Shown here piece by piece: positions 39,096 through 49,342 of a DNA stretch of 64,000 nt. Each line of letters opens with the position of its first letter. Position 1 is the first letter of the stretch. This DNA is from a virus. The notes beneath the pieces were generated by a model, which saw nothing but the letters and a program-made list of their open reading frames with translations, did not search any database and was not told where the DNA came from. The DNA lies in IMG/VR virus record IMGVR_UViG_3300018429_000002, positions 7,578 through 71,577 of that record; one strand, written 5' to 3'. The translations under genes and the position numbers were made by a program.

Positions 39096-39491
39096 TTACA
39101 CCCTTCCACTTCTCTCGTAATCCAATATCCTTGCCTCTAGTCGCTCCACCTCTGCCCTCGCCTCAGTAAGTTTGATAGACAGCGCCTCTGCCTTCGTTTC
39201 TAGTCGGACCGTGTGGGCGTGTTGATTCTTTCGTTCCGCAAGTATCTGGGCTTGGCTTTCTTCCAGTGCGGTTAATAAAAAGTCTATGTCCGCGGGAGCG
39301 TGAGCAATGAACTCCGAGTTGTCCCTGTCGAACGTATCTGCGTAGCCTGTGGCCGCAACCATCATTGAGCCTCGTCTTTGTACGGCCCACACGGTATGCC
39401 CTCTACCGCTCACGTGCTGGTATTCCCATGCACCTTCCGTAATCTTCGCCAGCCGTGCCTCTATCTCTGCTATCTGGTCTGATTTAGTCAT
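39096..39491 (-). CDS. Ead/Ea22-like protein
   Basis: IEARL...T.G.W and NSEFIAHAPADIDFLL motifs. Confidence 0.7.
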   Translation of the reverse strand: MTKSDQIAEIEARLAKITEGAWEYQHVSGRGHTVWAVQRRGSMMVAATGYADTFDRDNSEFIAHAPADIDFLLTALEESQAQILAERKNQHAHTVRLETKAEALSIKLTEARAEVERLEARILDYERSGRV

Positions 39492-39750
39492 TTCAAATCT
39501 TTCTTTTTAACTGGGTTTTGCAATCATTCCACCTTCGTGCTATCTCTGCGCTTCTCTTGAGCTACCTCAATTGCCTGCCCTAGCGCTATATGCACTTCCA
39601 GCGCGACGGGTAGTGTAAACATCGCATGCCCTTCATAGTCGTCGGTTATTACGTTAAAGAAATAGCCGTCAGTGGAAACCTCACAACGCGAGGCAATAAA
39701 CTCGGGCGACTGGTCTTTAACGATGATCTGATGAAACAGTATTCCTGCCA

Positions 39751-40203
39751 TTACGCTGCCTTCCTCGCTTCTTTCATTGCCAGTTCTCTGGATTTTGTTC
39801 CCAAAAGTTCCAACTCTCGGGCCATCTTTCTCCCTGCTACCGTGTGGTGAGCGTAGTCATGATGGTAAGGACATAAGCATGCACCGTTCGACTCGTCCCA
39901 CTTCAAATCCGGCCTTTGTGCTCTCGTGTGAATGTGATGAGCATGAATGTGTTTTGAGTAGTAGCCACACTTGGGCCATCGGCATGTAAAGTTGTCGTTC
40001 TCTCTTACCTTGGCGATCCAGTTGATCTCTACCTGGCTTCGGTGCCTTCGCTTTAGTGTTCCGCCTGATTGCGACTTACCAACACGCCGAAGGCGGAACG
40101 ACCGGGCAGATCGGGTGCAGGAGTTCTTTGCAGCATCAAGCCGAATTCTGAATCCAGTCCTCTTCATTGGCTTAGAGGATTGGGGCATGTAAGATCGTTT
40201 CAT
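39751..40203 (-). CDS. HNH endonuclease
   Basis: V.E.DNFTC...C, HAHHI, NG.CLC..HH. Confidence 0.8.
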   Translation of the reverse strand: MKRSYMPQSSKPMKRTGFRIRLDAAKNSCTRSARSFRLRRVGKSQSGGTLKRRHRSQVEINWIAKVRENDNFTCRWPKCGYYSKHIHAHHIHTRAQRPDLKWDESNGACLCPYHHDYAHHTVAGRKMARELELLGTKSRELAMKEARKAA

Positions 40204-40247
40204 TCAGTTCCTTTTGTGCAGACGCCGGACATCTCAGGCGTGGCGGG

Positions 40248-40988
40248 TTAGTTGGTGCCGCTCGCAACGAGCGTGTCGGTATCGACCTTCTCGCCTATCG
40301 TTACCATCTCTCCCGCGACCCGGTCGCCCTCTTGCGGGATTCTAAAGATGTAAACGGTGTCTCTAGGGCTGAATTCTGATTTCTCGCCCAGGCTAACCGG
40401 GAAGACGCACGTCACGGCTCGCCGTGGAGACAGCTTGCGATAGAGCTGAGCGGAATGCTCGGCGATAAGGTAGAAGATTTCCTCTACTTTCAAATCAACG
40501 AATTCTTTGACTACAAAGCGCTTCTGGCTTTCCTCGATATCACGCGCAACCGAGCGCTCAATCTCCGCAAAGAATCCCCAGACATCAAATACGTCGGCGG
40601 TAGCCTCCAGCGTGGCTCGGCTGACGACGTTCGTCATCGACGACGAACAGTTCTCGCCCTGATGTGCCCAGCCAATGACGTACTGCCGATAGCGAGCGCC
40701 AAACGCCTCAAGGTTTCCAGGGACCAGCGCTATCGACTCAGAGTTGTTTATTACCATTCGAATCTCGGTGATCATCGAAAGGGATGATTGATTCACAACT
40801 ACGGAGTGCCCAAACCATTGCAGGGCATCTGCGGGGTCGGCGGAGAATCGTTCGATAGCTGTGGCGATGTATTCGCGCAGTTCAGATTCACGTCCATCGA
40901 GGCTGCGGTACGTATCTTTCAGAACGTCCTCGAATTCACGGGCGACTACGACTGAATTGCTAAGAGAATATGGCGAATTGTGTATCAT
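40248..40988 (-). CDS. hypothetical protein bracketed by inverted hairpin elements
   Basis: 246-aa ORF with AAAGG RBS. Confidence 0.65.
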   Translation of the reverse strand: MIHNSPYSLSNSVVVAREFEDVLKDTYRSLDGRESELREYIATAIERFSADPADALQWFGHSVVVNQSSLSMITEIRMVINNSESIALVPGNLEAFGARYRQYVIGWAHQGENCSSSMTNVVSRATLEATADVFDVWGFFAEIERSVARDIEESQKRFVVKEFVDLKVEEIFYLIAEHSAQLYRKLSPRRAVTCVFPVSLGEKSEFSPRDTVYIFRIPQEGDRVAGEMVTIGEKVDTDTLVASGTN

Positions 40989-41310
40989 TGTTTTACCTTT
41001 CCAAGTCCCGCGTTGCGCGGGCTACGACCGTTTACGTTCTCCGTTGGGTTCTTTGTATTCATTCCCCTGAAGTCTTTGGATTCTGTTCCCCTACTAGACT
41101 AAGAGCGTCTGAGACCATCTGGCCCCGGCGCATCGCTGTAGATATGCCAATGCGTAACGTCCCGTCGCCCTGACATTGGCTCGCGTTCGATTTCGCATTG
41201 AACCCGCCACGGTCGCGGAGTAGCCTTATCTTCTGTTTCGCTCATCACTTCCCTTTCGCTCTCAAATAAAATCTTTCAACTTAGACGCCTGCCATTTGAG
41301 GCGCGGCGGG

Positions 41311-41772
41311 CTAGGTCGTGCCGCCTTCGGCGCGTTGGCGAGCGATCTCAAGCGCTGCCCTGCATATCGCCTCTGGCGCAGACGGGCAAAACTCCGACTC
41401 AACGTACTTGCCAGTCAGCGGGTAAATCACGGCCCACCACGATTTTCTGTCTGAGCTTGCGTTAGCGCTAACCGTGCATCCCTGCTTCTGAAGGCACTCC
41501 ACCACCTGCCAAGCGGCGGAGATGTCGGACGAGAAATAAGGAACAACGTTCTGCTGGTTTCTATCCCAAGGCGTGTTCGGCAAATAATAGAGCACTCCGC
41601 TGATCGCTCGATTATCCGTGGGGTGCGGCGCGACGGGGGCGCGAGTAAACCCCATGACGCGCTCTGCAATGGCCGCGTCTAACTCTCGACCTACCAAGCC
41701 CGACTGTGCGACCGCTTCGGCGCCACTCTCAGACGATCCGCTGGTAGGTTCTACTTTCTCATTATTTGACAT
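41311..41772 (-). CDS. phage ABA-sandwich-like protein
   Basis: GRELDAAIAERVMG, PYFSSDISAAWQVVE, APEAICRAAL. Confidence 0.75.
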   Translation of the reverse strand: MSNNEKVEPTSGSSESGAEAVAQSGLVGRELDAAIAERVMGFTRAPVAPHPTDNRAISGVLYYLPNTPWDRNQQNVVPYFSSDISAAWQVVECLQKQGCTVSANASSDRKSWWAVIYPLTGKYVESEFCPSAPEAICRAALEIARQRAEGGTT

Positions 41773-42211
41773 CTGTGGCCTCTTTCTCTCGACGCCGGTA
41801 GAGACGAGGAGAGAGCACCGCTTTCTCTCCTTCTACCCCTCTAGCTATTCGCTGAAGGATAAGCCTATGACTGACTTGCGACACATCGGCCCACTCAACG
41901 GCTAAGCGGGTAACGCCCTTAATGGTAATCGACACATTGCTCCGCATGTTTCGTGTTTGCTGTGTTCTAGTGGCCCAGCGGCAGTTGCCGGGCTCGTAAT
42001 TCCCCTCGTTGTCAACGCGATCAAGAGAGTGGGAACGAGTTGGTCGCGGCCCCATATCGCCAAGGAATGCCGGGAAAGAAGCAGTCCACCGTGCACAAAC
42101 GGTAATCCCTCTGGCTCCGTACCTTTGATAGCTACTATGGTTCGGGTTATCACACCGACCGCGCATGGCTAGCCAGATTTTGTATTCAGGCAAACCCGAT
42201 AAATTATTCAT
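41762..42211 (-). CDS. HNH-like endonuclease
   Basis: W.AMR.RC.NP..SY.RYG.RGITVC.RW and SLDRVDN.GNYEPGNCRWAT. Confidence 0.85.
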   Translation of the reverse strand: MNNLSGLPEYKIWLAMRGRCDNPNHSSYQRYGARGITVCARWTASFPAFLGDMGPRPTRSHSLDRVDNEGNYEPGNCRWATRTQQTRNMRSNVSITIKGVTRLAVEWADVSQVSHRLILQRIARGVEGEKAVLSPRLYRRREKEATDVK

Positions 42212-43092
42212 TTGATCTATCCCTCTCTATCGAATTGCTTGCGCCAGAATTGCCTGAGTTCGTTGCGCTTCTCTCAACTCTTCCATTCGTTCAAGGTACT
42301 GAGTGCGATATTGTGAGCCTGCTACTTCCGAGTCTCTATCGTCTCGCACCCGCATCTCGCGTTGATAGAATTTTTCCTCTTCCCGGATGCAGGCTGTGCA
42401 GATGTCGTCCCCTGGTTCCGGCTCGTCGCCTTGGCTGATAGCGTTGGCGTTTACACAGCCTTGGCTTAGATAGCCGGGGCAAATCCGCTCTGTGTGCGAT
42501 TCGGTTAGCGATTGAAGCCTCGGGGCAACTAAGGCAAAGGCCTTTTCTTCTTGGTGTGCGGTCCATGCTTCGTCTGCCGTACTTCGATTGTTTATATTTC
42601 TCATAGTTTCCCTTCGTTCCATTCGCTGCTCATGATGTCTAGCGTTTCCCTGGCGAGCGTTCCGCCAAGTTCCTGCCACCGAGAGAATTCTTTTTGCCAT
42701 CTCCAAGGCCTCTCCAAATAGGCAAGTACTTCGTCTATGTCGGATACCTGCCCGCACTCGTGGAGCACGTGGGCGAATGCAATGATTTCATCGTATCGGC
42801 CCATGTCTGCGATCTTGCTCATTTCTTTACTCCGTGCTTTTCTGGATTCGTACATTTGGCCCAGTTGGGCAACTCTTCTGCTAGATACTGATTGCAGGCT
42901 GGACATCGCTCCCAGCGTTTGGCCCACAGCAGCCTGTTTCTGTGAGCCACAATTAGTTGACTGGGCGACAAGTCATTTACGGTGATAAGGCGGTAGTCCA
43001 TTTCTATTCCCTCTCTCGTCCTCAAAATCTCAATCAGTCTGTTCAGACGTCTGACCGGGGAGGCGCAGGGTCGAAGCGCTCGCGCTTTAGTG

Positions 43093-43452
43093 TTATGGCC
43101 CCACCTCGCCCGCCTGAACTATTCGACGCGCAAACTCAAGCGCTCGATTCCATACGGCATCGGTAGGGAATTTATTGCCGACGCGCTCCGCGTCTAGCGC
43201 TTCCAGAATGCGGGCCTTTTCCGCCAGCATTCCTTCAGTCACCGCATCGTATGCATTGCGCGAAACGTCATCAGCGATGGATTTATCCACCTCAAGACGC
43301 AGCGCCATTAACGAGCGGTTTAACTTCAGTAGCGCGGGGCGGGGGGCTTCGGCTATCAAGCCCGACTGTGCGCCCGCTTCGGCGCCCTTCTCAGACGATC
43401 CGCTAGAAGGGTTCTGGTTTTCATTACTTAAATTCTGATCGTTCGTTTCCAT
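43093..43452 (-). CDS. hypothetical protein whose N-terminus is encoded by a hairpin element
   Basis: SGSSE.GAEA.AQSGL shared with 41311..41772; AAGGAG RBS. Confidence 0.6.
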   Translation of the reverse strand: METNDQNLSNENQNPSSGSSEKGAEAGAQSGLIAEAPRPALLKLNRSLMALRLEVDKSIADDVSRNAYDAVTEGMLAEKARILEALDAERVGNKFPTDAVWNRALEFARRIVQAGEVGP

Positions 43453-43484
43453 AACTAATCTCCTTCAAATCTCAATCTGTTTGT

Positions 43485-43799
43485 TCAGACGCCTTCTAGG
43501 GCAGCGCGGATTAAGTCCAGGACTCTATTGTTTGGGCTGTCGATGCGCTTCCCGCCGCGTCCGGGGATGCCGTTAAACTCTTCGGAGATCACAGACTGAG
43601 CGGCAATCAATGCTCCCACTAGCCTCTCGTGTTTATTGACCGCCAACTTCAGCGCGTAGGCTCTTTCCTCCGTCACGCAAGTCGCTACAGGTTCAGCGTT
43701 CCAGTCGAAGATGGCCCATGAAGCGCCTGGCACGGTTTGCTGGACGTTGAGCGGAGTAGCAAGCGCGTGCATGACAATATTTTCTATTTTCGTTCCCAT
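43485..43799 (-). CDS. hypothetical protein
   Basis: AAGGAG RBS; start region nearly identical to that of 43093..43452. Confidence 0.6.
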   Translation of the reverse strand: MGTKIENIVMHALATPLNVQQTVPGASWAIFDWNAEPVATCVTEERAYALKLAVNKHERLVGALIAAQSVISEEFNGIPGRGGKRIDSPNNRVLDLIRAALEGV

Positions 43800-44387
43800 A
43801 ACTAAATCTCCTTATGCTGTCGTGAGCTAGTCCAAATACTTATTGGCGATGGGCTGTGCGATCTTGGCAAACTGCCGCGCCGCCCCGATAAGAGCGTTGC
43901 GCTCTCGCTGCGAATATTCATTCTCTAGAACGTAGCCAAGCCAGCCTGCTAGCCGCTCCATCTCTTCGAGCGCTCCGGTGACAGAATCAAAGCGATCGTC
44001 TTCAGGTCTAGCGCGTCCGGCATGTTCTCGAATTAACGCTTTTTTCTTATCCAATTGTGTATGGCATTACCTTGCTCCTTATGTTTATGCTGCCATCTGG
44101 TCTACCAAATTAAATCTCAATCAGCTTGTTCAGACGCTCGCCCGTTAAGGCGTAGGGCCTAAGCGCTCGCGCTTGTTTCGGGCTCGCACTGTTCTGGGAA
44201 AAGCAGTACGTGATTCTGTCGCGGGTCGCCATCGTCGGATCCAAACGGAAAGTGCGAAGCCGCGCTCTCCGGTCGTCCGTCCATTTGCACCCACGCGCCG
44301 TCGTCGCTGAAGCGTAGTCGCTTAACCTCGCCCGCTACACCGACAATCGGACTGTCGGCGTCAATTACTCGAACTCTTTGACCGTCT

Positions 44388-44615
44388 CTAAATCCATGCC
44401 ATCTGGTCTAACAGCGCTTCGTATGCCTTCTCACCTTTGCGCACCATGAATTCTTCAAGTAGGTAATTCCGGGTTATGTTCTCAGCCCTGCTTATCTCGC
44501 CCCCGCCGATTGTCACAACCGCGTCAGCTATCTGTTCTGTGCTCAGAGCTGCGACTGCTGCCGTCATTGCGTTGTGCGTGCTGCGTGATGCGGCGATTGT
44601 TGTATTGGTGTTCAT
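44388..44615 (-). CDS. hypothetical protein
   Basis: TAAGGA RBS. Confidence 0.55.
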   Translation of the reverse strand: MNTNTTIAASRSTHNAMTAAVAALSTEQIADAVVTIGGGEISRAENITRNYLLEEFMVRKGEKAYEALLDQMAWI

Positions 44616-44625
44616 GGTTGATTCC

Positions 44626-45174
44626 TTATGCTGCTCTCAGTTTTACGTGTTCTTTGCTGTGGCATTTCTTGCATAGCCATTCGACTTCTAATGGTTTGCT
44701 GTAGTCGTGATGGTGCGCGTGTAGGGACTCACGTCTTTCCGGTGACGTTCCGCACAGTTGACATCGCGCTGGCTTGTCCAACTTGCCCGCCTTAACCGCA
44801 CGGCGTACCGCTTGCCTTGCCCGATACTTATCCCTATTCATAAGTTGATCGACCCGCTGATGCGAGACGCCCATGATGGACGCTATCTCTTTGCGCGTAC
44901 CGCTCGGCAGTCTCATGTCGCTTCGCATTGGGGTTCCCGTAAGAACCGTTAAGGGGTCTCCATGTGTCCTCATTCGGGCGCGGTGCTTCGCGCAATAGCC
45001 CCGACAGTTCCCGTTACGATCACACCCGTCAACGGAGCACTTCTCTGGGACTATGGGGGTCAGTGCCCCGGCCCGCGCCACGCGCCGATAGTGTGTAGCG
45101 CAAAGACCTCTAGCGGTGTACGGCTTCTCGCATGCGGGCTTACTACATTTGCGATTTGGTATTTGTCTTCCCAC
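44626..45174 (-). CDS. zinc-finger/HNH-like protein, first gene of the leftward early operon
   Basis: Two CS...C......GLC..H repeats; HAHH.DYSKPLEVEWLC..CH. Confidence 0.75.
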   Translation of the reverse strand: MGRQIPNRKCSKPACEKPYTARGLCATHYRRVARAGALTPIVPEKCSVDGCDRNGNCRGYCAKHRARMRTHGDPLTVLTGTPMRSDMRLPSGTRKEIASIMGVSHQRVDQLMNRDKYRARQAVRRAVKAGKLDKPARCQLCGTSPERRESLHAHHHDYSKPLEVEWLCKKCHSKEHVKLRAA

Positions 45175-45181
45175 GTCCAGC

Positions 45182-45222
45182 AGTATACCGAGGGGAAACC
45201 ATTAAGTCAACCCTTGGGATAC
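45182..45222 (-). promoter_or_regulatory. leftward early promoter with operator
   Basis: TTGACT-N17-TATACT; GTATCCCAAGGGTTGAC (minus strand) matches GTTTCCCAAGGGTTGAC at 45766-45782 in 16 of 17 positions. Confidence 0.8.
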
Positions 45223-45267
45223 TTTTATTTCATAAAAGATTTCAGGGCCGGAGCGGGTGAGACGGAA

Positions 45268-45726
45268 TTAGGCTACTTTGGTTTTCTTGGGCTTGGGCTT
45301 TTCTGCGTCCGGTTCGGGTTTAATACGTCGCTGTGTCCATAGCGCCTTAACCATCTCTTCGGCCAATAAGCGATCTTCTGGGGAAAGCTCATTGTAATAC
45401 CGAAGAATTCGAACCGGGTGGGAGTTTTCAGTCATTGCGGCCCCTGGTTTGAGGTATCCGAGCGCGGCCAAGGGCTCCGCGATGCTCACCCCAAACGAAC
45501 GTGCCAGTTTATGAAGGAAGTCCAGCGTGGGCGATGGCGGGCTTCCTCCGGGGGAATGGGGAGTCGCTTTTTCTACCTTGCTAATGAACGCCTTACCCCG
45601 CTTGACCTGATCGCCAAGTGTCTCTTGGCTCATTCCGGCTTGCTCTCTCTTCATTTTAACCCAAGCGCCTAGCGCTTTTGAGTCAGGAATCACCGCCGCG
45701 TTCCTCCATGTCTTTAGGTTGCCCAT
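45268..45726 (-). CDS. CI-like XRE repressor without peptidase domain
   Basis: LG..VK..RE.AGMSQETLG...FISKVEK...PTLD.L.KLA..FGVS; divergent from a cro-like gene. Confidence 0.85.
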   Translation of the reverse strand: MGNLKTWRNAAVIPDSKALGAWVKMKREQAGMSQETLGDQVKRGKAFISKVEKATPHSPGGSPPSPTLDFLHKLARSFGVSIAEPLAALGYLKPGAAMTENSHPVRILRYYNELSPEDRLLAEEMVKALWTQRRIKPEPDAEKPKPKKTKVA

Positions 45727-45743
45727 TAGGATACTCCAATAAA

Positions 45744-45806
45744 GTTTCCCCTTAGGAAATTAAATGTTTCCCAAGGGTTGACAAACGCGAGAAGGGAGCG
45801 TATAAA
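45744..45806 (+). promoter_or_regulatory. rightward early promoter and operators
   Basis: TTGACA (45778)-N17-TATAAA (45801); GTTTCCC half-sites at 45744 and 45766. Confidence 0.8.
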
Positions 45807-45818
45807 GCATTCTCAGTT

Positions 45819-46055
45819 ATGACCGACCTAACAAACATTGGAATCGACGGCGCAAAACTTCGAAAGGCCAGAGACAAGTCTGGTCTTAGTCAATCACAGG
45901 CTGGGCAGGCTGTAGGCGTAGGCAAGGCAGCAATCTCAAAAATTGAGCGCGGGGGGACTTCGCCTTCGTCGGACGTACTTGCTCGCCTATGCAAACTCTA
46001 CGGTGTCGGCATCGCAGAGATAACGCGGCGAAACGCAAGAGTCGAAGCGGTGTAG
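45819..46055 (+). CDS. Cro-like XRE regulator
   Basis: LRKAR..SGLSQSQAG..VGV.KAAISKIERG...PS. Confidence 0.85.
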   Translation: MTDLTNIGIDGAKLRKARDKSGLSQSQAGQAVGVGKAAISKIERGGTSPSSDVLARLCKLYGVGIAEITRRNARVEAV

Positions 46056-46138
46056 GAGGTAAGGGGAACCGCTTCAGGCGACACCTTACACGGATTTCCC
46101 ACACCGCGGGAAGTGCTACTTCGATTCAAATTGAACCA

Positions 46139-46591
46139 ATGAAACAGCAACCCCCGAATCAGCACGACACAGACCGCCTCCTAGGTGATTCATTGAGCCA
46201 CGGAGACAAAACCAAACTGGCGAACCTGCTTGGCGTCTCTGGTTCTGAAATCTGCCGTCAGTGCAACCCGGAAGACCCGAAACAGAGTTTTTACTACCGA
46301 TTCAAGCGCAGCATGTTCTGGTTGAAAACCCAAGTCAACGAACGAGCGGCCCGGATTATTGTTGCCGACTTTCGGGCCGACTTTGAATCGTGGGATACGC
46401 CTGTAGTTAAGCCGGAATCGCTGGCCGCTTTGGTTGTGGCGGCTGATCGTGAAGGCGATGACGTGATCCAGTCATGGGCAGAAGGAAAGCCGCTACACGA
46501 GCAAATCATGCACGCAACCGAGGCTATAGCGGCCCTTGAGAAGTTCCGAGAGGCGGCAAGGAAAGCGGCAAGGATACGTGAAGCAGTTTGA
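46139..46591 (+). CDS. CII-like regulator (putative)
   Basis: KLANLLGVSGSEICRQCNP.D HTH; follows the cro-like gene. Confidence 0.6.
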   Translation: MKQQPPNQHDTDRLLGDSLSHGDKTKLANLLGVSGSEICRQCNPEDPKQSFYYRFKRSMFWLKTQVNERAARIIVADFRADFESWDTPVVKPESLAALVVAADREGDDVIQSWAEGKPLHEQIMHATEAIAALEKFREAARKAARIREAV

Positions 46592-47277
46592 GGGAGGTCG
46601 GAAGGTGACTCTTTTTAGAACCGTGATCGTTCTGATCGTCTCTGTCGCTGGCGTAGTCAAGTTGATTCAGTCGTATCTCAGTGAGGACTTAGCCTGATAG
46701 CCATCATTTTCAATTTGGCCGGATTCTGGTTTTACCAAGACACGCTTCGAATAAAAGCGGAAATACAGCGACTGGAAAAAAAGACGCAAGCGCGGATGAC
46801 TAAAGCAGTTTGAGCGCTCCGCAAGAAAGGGGAGAGAGATGAGCATAGCTTCAGTGACAGCAAAGATACGCGGAGTGGCGCTCCATCTCGGGCGAGCGGA
46901 CACGGGCGGGTATTACTGCCGAACGCGGCGCACCCAGAACACATTGCATACGTGGCAACAGGAGCAGGCTACTTGCAAGAAGTGCCTGAAGGCTTATAGC
47001 CGCAAAGTTAAGGTCGCATGAACAGAGAGACAGCCATGCAATTCAAAATCAGACTCGAAAACAGCAGATGGGAATTGATTGATCCTTCGACTGAAAAGAT
47101 GGTGGCCCACTCCGCAACCTACGAAGGGCTCCTGAAAGCGCAAAAGGAAATTCAAAGTCCCTTCGATGATCCGATCAATAAGATGCGAGAAGGGCTAAGG
47201 ACTGAACATTTAGGCCGAGTCCTTGCGGAACGATATAGAGAAATTTGGGGCGGTCAGTGAGTGTAAGTGAGAAAATT

Positions 47278-48339
47278 ATGAGTTACGCAAAGCAAGCAAT
47301 GGAATCGGGTTTTGAATACGGCGCTCCGTGTGTTGAGGGTGATTATCCCGATGCGTGGGCTCCTCAGTCATCCGAGATCGTGGCCGAGGTTCCGCAAGAC
47401 AAGGATCTAAAAGCCTCGCCACCGATGCGAATCACCAACCTGCTAAACCTGCCCATGCCTCTGGTTGCCGCCGTAAAGAACGATAAATACTCCCCTGGCA
47501 AGTCCGATTACACAACAAGCCAACTGGCCGGCACTCCTGCGCGTCAATTCGCCCTCAAACGCATTCATTGGAAAGAACTGACTGAAGACGTAGCCGACCG
47601 GATCTATTCGCTCTCAGGGCAATCCAAGCACGTCATCCTCGAACGAGCGGCAGAGTTCTGCGAAGACTATGAGTACCTGGCTGAGAAGCGGTTTTACATA
47701 GAACGCTGCGGGAAAACTATCGGCGGACAGATTGACCTTTATGACATTAAGACCCGGACTTTGTACGACTGGAAAGAGGTCTCTGTGTGGGTGGCTACCG
47801 ACGCCCTAAAGAATCCCGACGATCTAAAGCCTGAATGGATCACTCAAGGGAACATCAACAAGCTTCTGTGCGAAGAGAACGGTTATCCAGTTGAGCGGCT
47901 AGTCAATATCGCTTTGTACCGAGACTGGAAAAAGTCAATCGCTCTTACCAAGCCTGAGACTGAATATCCAAAGCATCAAGTCGGTCAATTCCCTCTCCCT
48001 ATCTGGCCCGTGGAGCAAACAGAACGATTCCTTGAATCCCGAATCACTGAGTTTGAAAGGTCAAAGGCAATTCTCCCTGAATGCTCAGACGAGGAGAGAT
48101 GGTACAGAGGCGAGACCTTTGCCCTGATTAAAAAGGGCAACAAGAAAGCTACGAAACTATTCGATACAGAAGCCGAGGCTAAAAACCATATCGAGGTTTT
48201 TAAGCTAAGCGGATACGAGATCAAGTTCAGACCGGGAACGAGCACGAGATGCGAGTCTTACTGCGTCGTGTCAGAGCACTGCGCTCAGTATGCAGAGATC
48301 AAACGACTTGCCGAGGAAGATAAACCCCAGGCCGCGTAA
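47278..48339 (+). CDS. Cas4/RecB-like PD-(D/E)xK exonuclease
   Basis: EKRF, GQIDL, YDWK, Q.N motif; C-terminal RC..YC.V..HC.QY. Confidence 0.8.
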   Translation: MSYAKQAMESGFEYGAPCVEGDYPDAWAPQSSEIVAEVPQDKDLKASPPMRITNLLNLPMPLVAAVKNDKYSPGKSDYTTSQLAGTPARQFALKRIHWKELTEDVADRIYSLSGQSKHVILERAAEFCEDYEYLAEKRFYIERCGKTIGGQIDLYDIKTRTLYDWKEVSVWVATDALKNPDDLKPEWITQGNINKLLCEENGYPVERLVNIALYRDWKKSIALTKPETEYPKHQVGQFPLPIWPVEQTERFLESRITEFERSKAILPECSDEERWYRGETFALIKKGNKKATKLFDTEAEAKNHIEVFKLSGYEIKFRPGTSTRCESYCVVSEHCAQYAEIKRLAEEDKPQAA

Positions 48340-48366
48340 AGCGGTTCATCACCAAAGGAGAACGTT

Positions 48367-49062
48367 ATGGAGTTGAATGAAATTCTAAAAATGCCGGATG
48401 GGTTCACACCGCCGGAGGTCACTGTAAAGATCGACAAAGTTTACGACTACAAGTCAGGAAAGAACGATAACGGTGAATGGAGCTTTCAGGATGTCGCGGT
48501 TGTCGGTGGTGGACGATTAAAGCTGAAAGGAATCAATCACGCATTTCCGAAAGAGCGCGAAGGGATGACGGTCACGATCAGGGCCAACCAGTCAAAGCAG
48601 CACGGCCTGACCGGAATGAAGGTCTTACACGAGGAGTACCAGGGCAACATCTACGACAAGCTGGTAATTACATCATCGGCAAAGTGGGAGTTTGCAAATC
48701 CAGCCACGGTTAATCAGGCCGCCCCGTCTCAGCCTACGCCCGCAAACGGGAACAAGAAGCCGGATCTTACCTACGCGCCAGCGATGGACAATGTGGCACC
48801 CTACGCTGCGCACCTGTTGGGCTGTGCGGCGTTAGCTGGAGAGGTTGCGGGCTTTCTGAAGGTGTCAGACGGCGCGGCACTACAGGCTTGTTTTGCCACC
48901 ATCTGCATAGACACAAAGAACCGGGGAATTCTGCTACCCAAGCCAGCGGCAAACGGACACGCTCAGCCACCTGTAGCGCCGGAGCAGCCATGGGCACAAG
49001 AGGCTTCGCCCTTCGGAGATTTACCAGACGAGTTAGACGATAACCCCGAGGCTCGGTTTTAA
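48367..49062 (+). CDS. single-stranded DNA-binding protein (putative OB fold)
   Basis: Beta-rich N-terminus, acidic C-terminal tail ending in F, located next to the exonuclease. Confidence 0.6.
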   Translation: MELNEILKMPDGFTPPEVTVKIDKVYDYKSGKNDNGEWSFQDVAVVGGGRLKLKGINHAFPKEREGMTVTIRANQSKQHGLTGMKVLHEEYQGNIYDKLVITSSAKWEFANPATVNQAAPSQPTPANGNKKPDLTYAPAMDNVAPYAAHLLGCAALAGEVAGFLKVSDGAALQACFATICIDTKNRGILLPKPAANGHAQPPVAPEQPWAQEASPFGDLPDELDDNPEARF

Positions 49063-49342
49063 GTTTGTGATCGCTGGGGGCACCAGACACGGTGATGGCG
49101 ATCACAGTGGAAGGCGGGCTTGTCGCATTGCAGGCCCGCACTTCAAAAATAAAAAGAGAAAGCATGGTATGGATTTATGGGAGTTAGAACATCCCGCGAC
49201 GCGGGCCGGTTGGCAGCCGAGTATGTTACGGGGGAGCGAGAGCCTTGAACTTTCAAGGCGCTTTGGTCGCTACTCCGCACCCCGTACGGAGTCCCAGCCA
49301 AACGCGCCAAGCGTCTTGAAAGTTGAGGGCTTTTTCTTACAT

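Noticed and set aside
49067-49342. N-terminal extension of the replication initiator
   Set aside because: The family-typical start MSVKIMSLVW is at 49343 and the upstream region is better explained as structured RNA.
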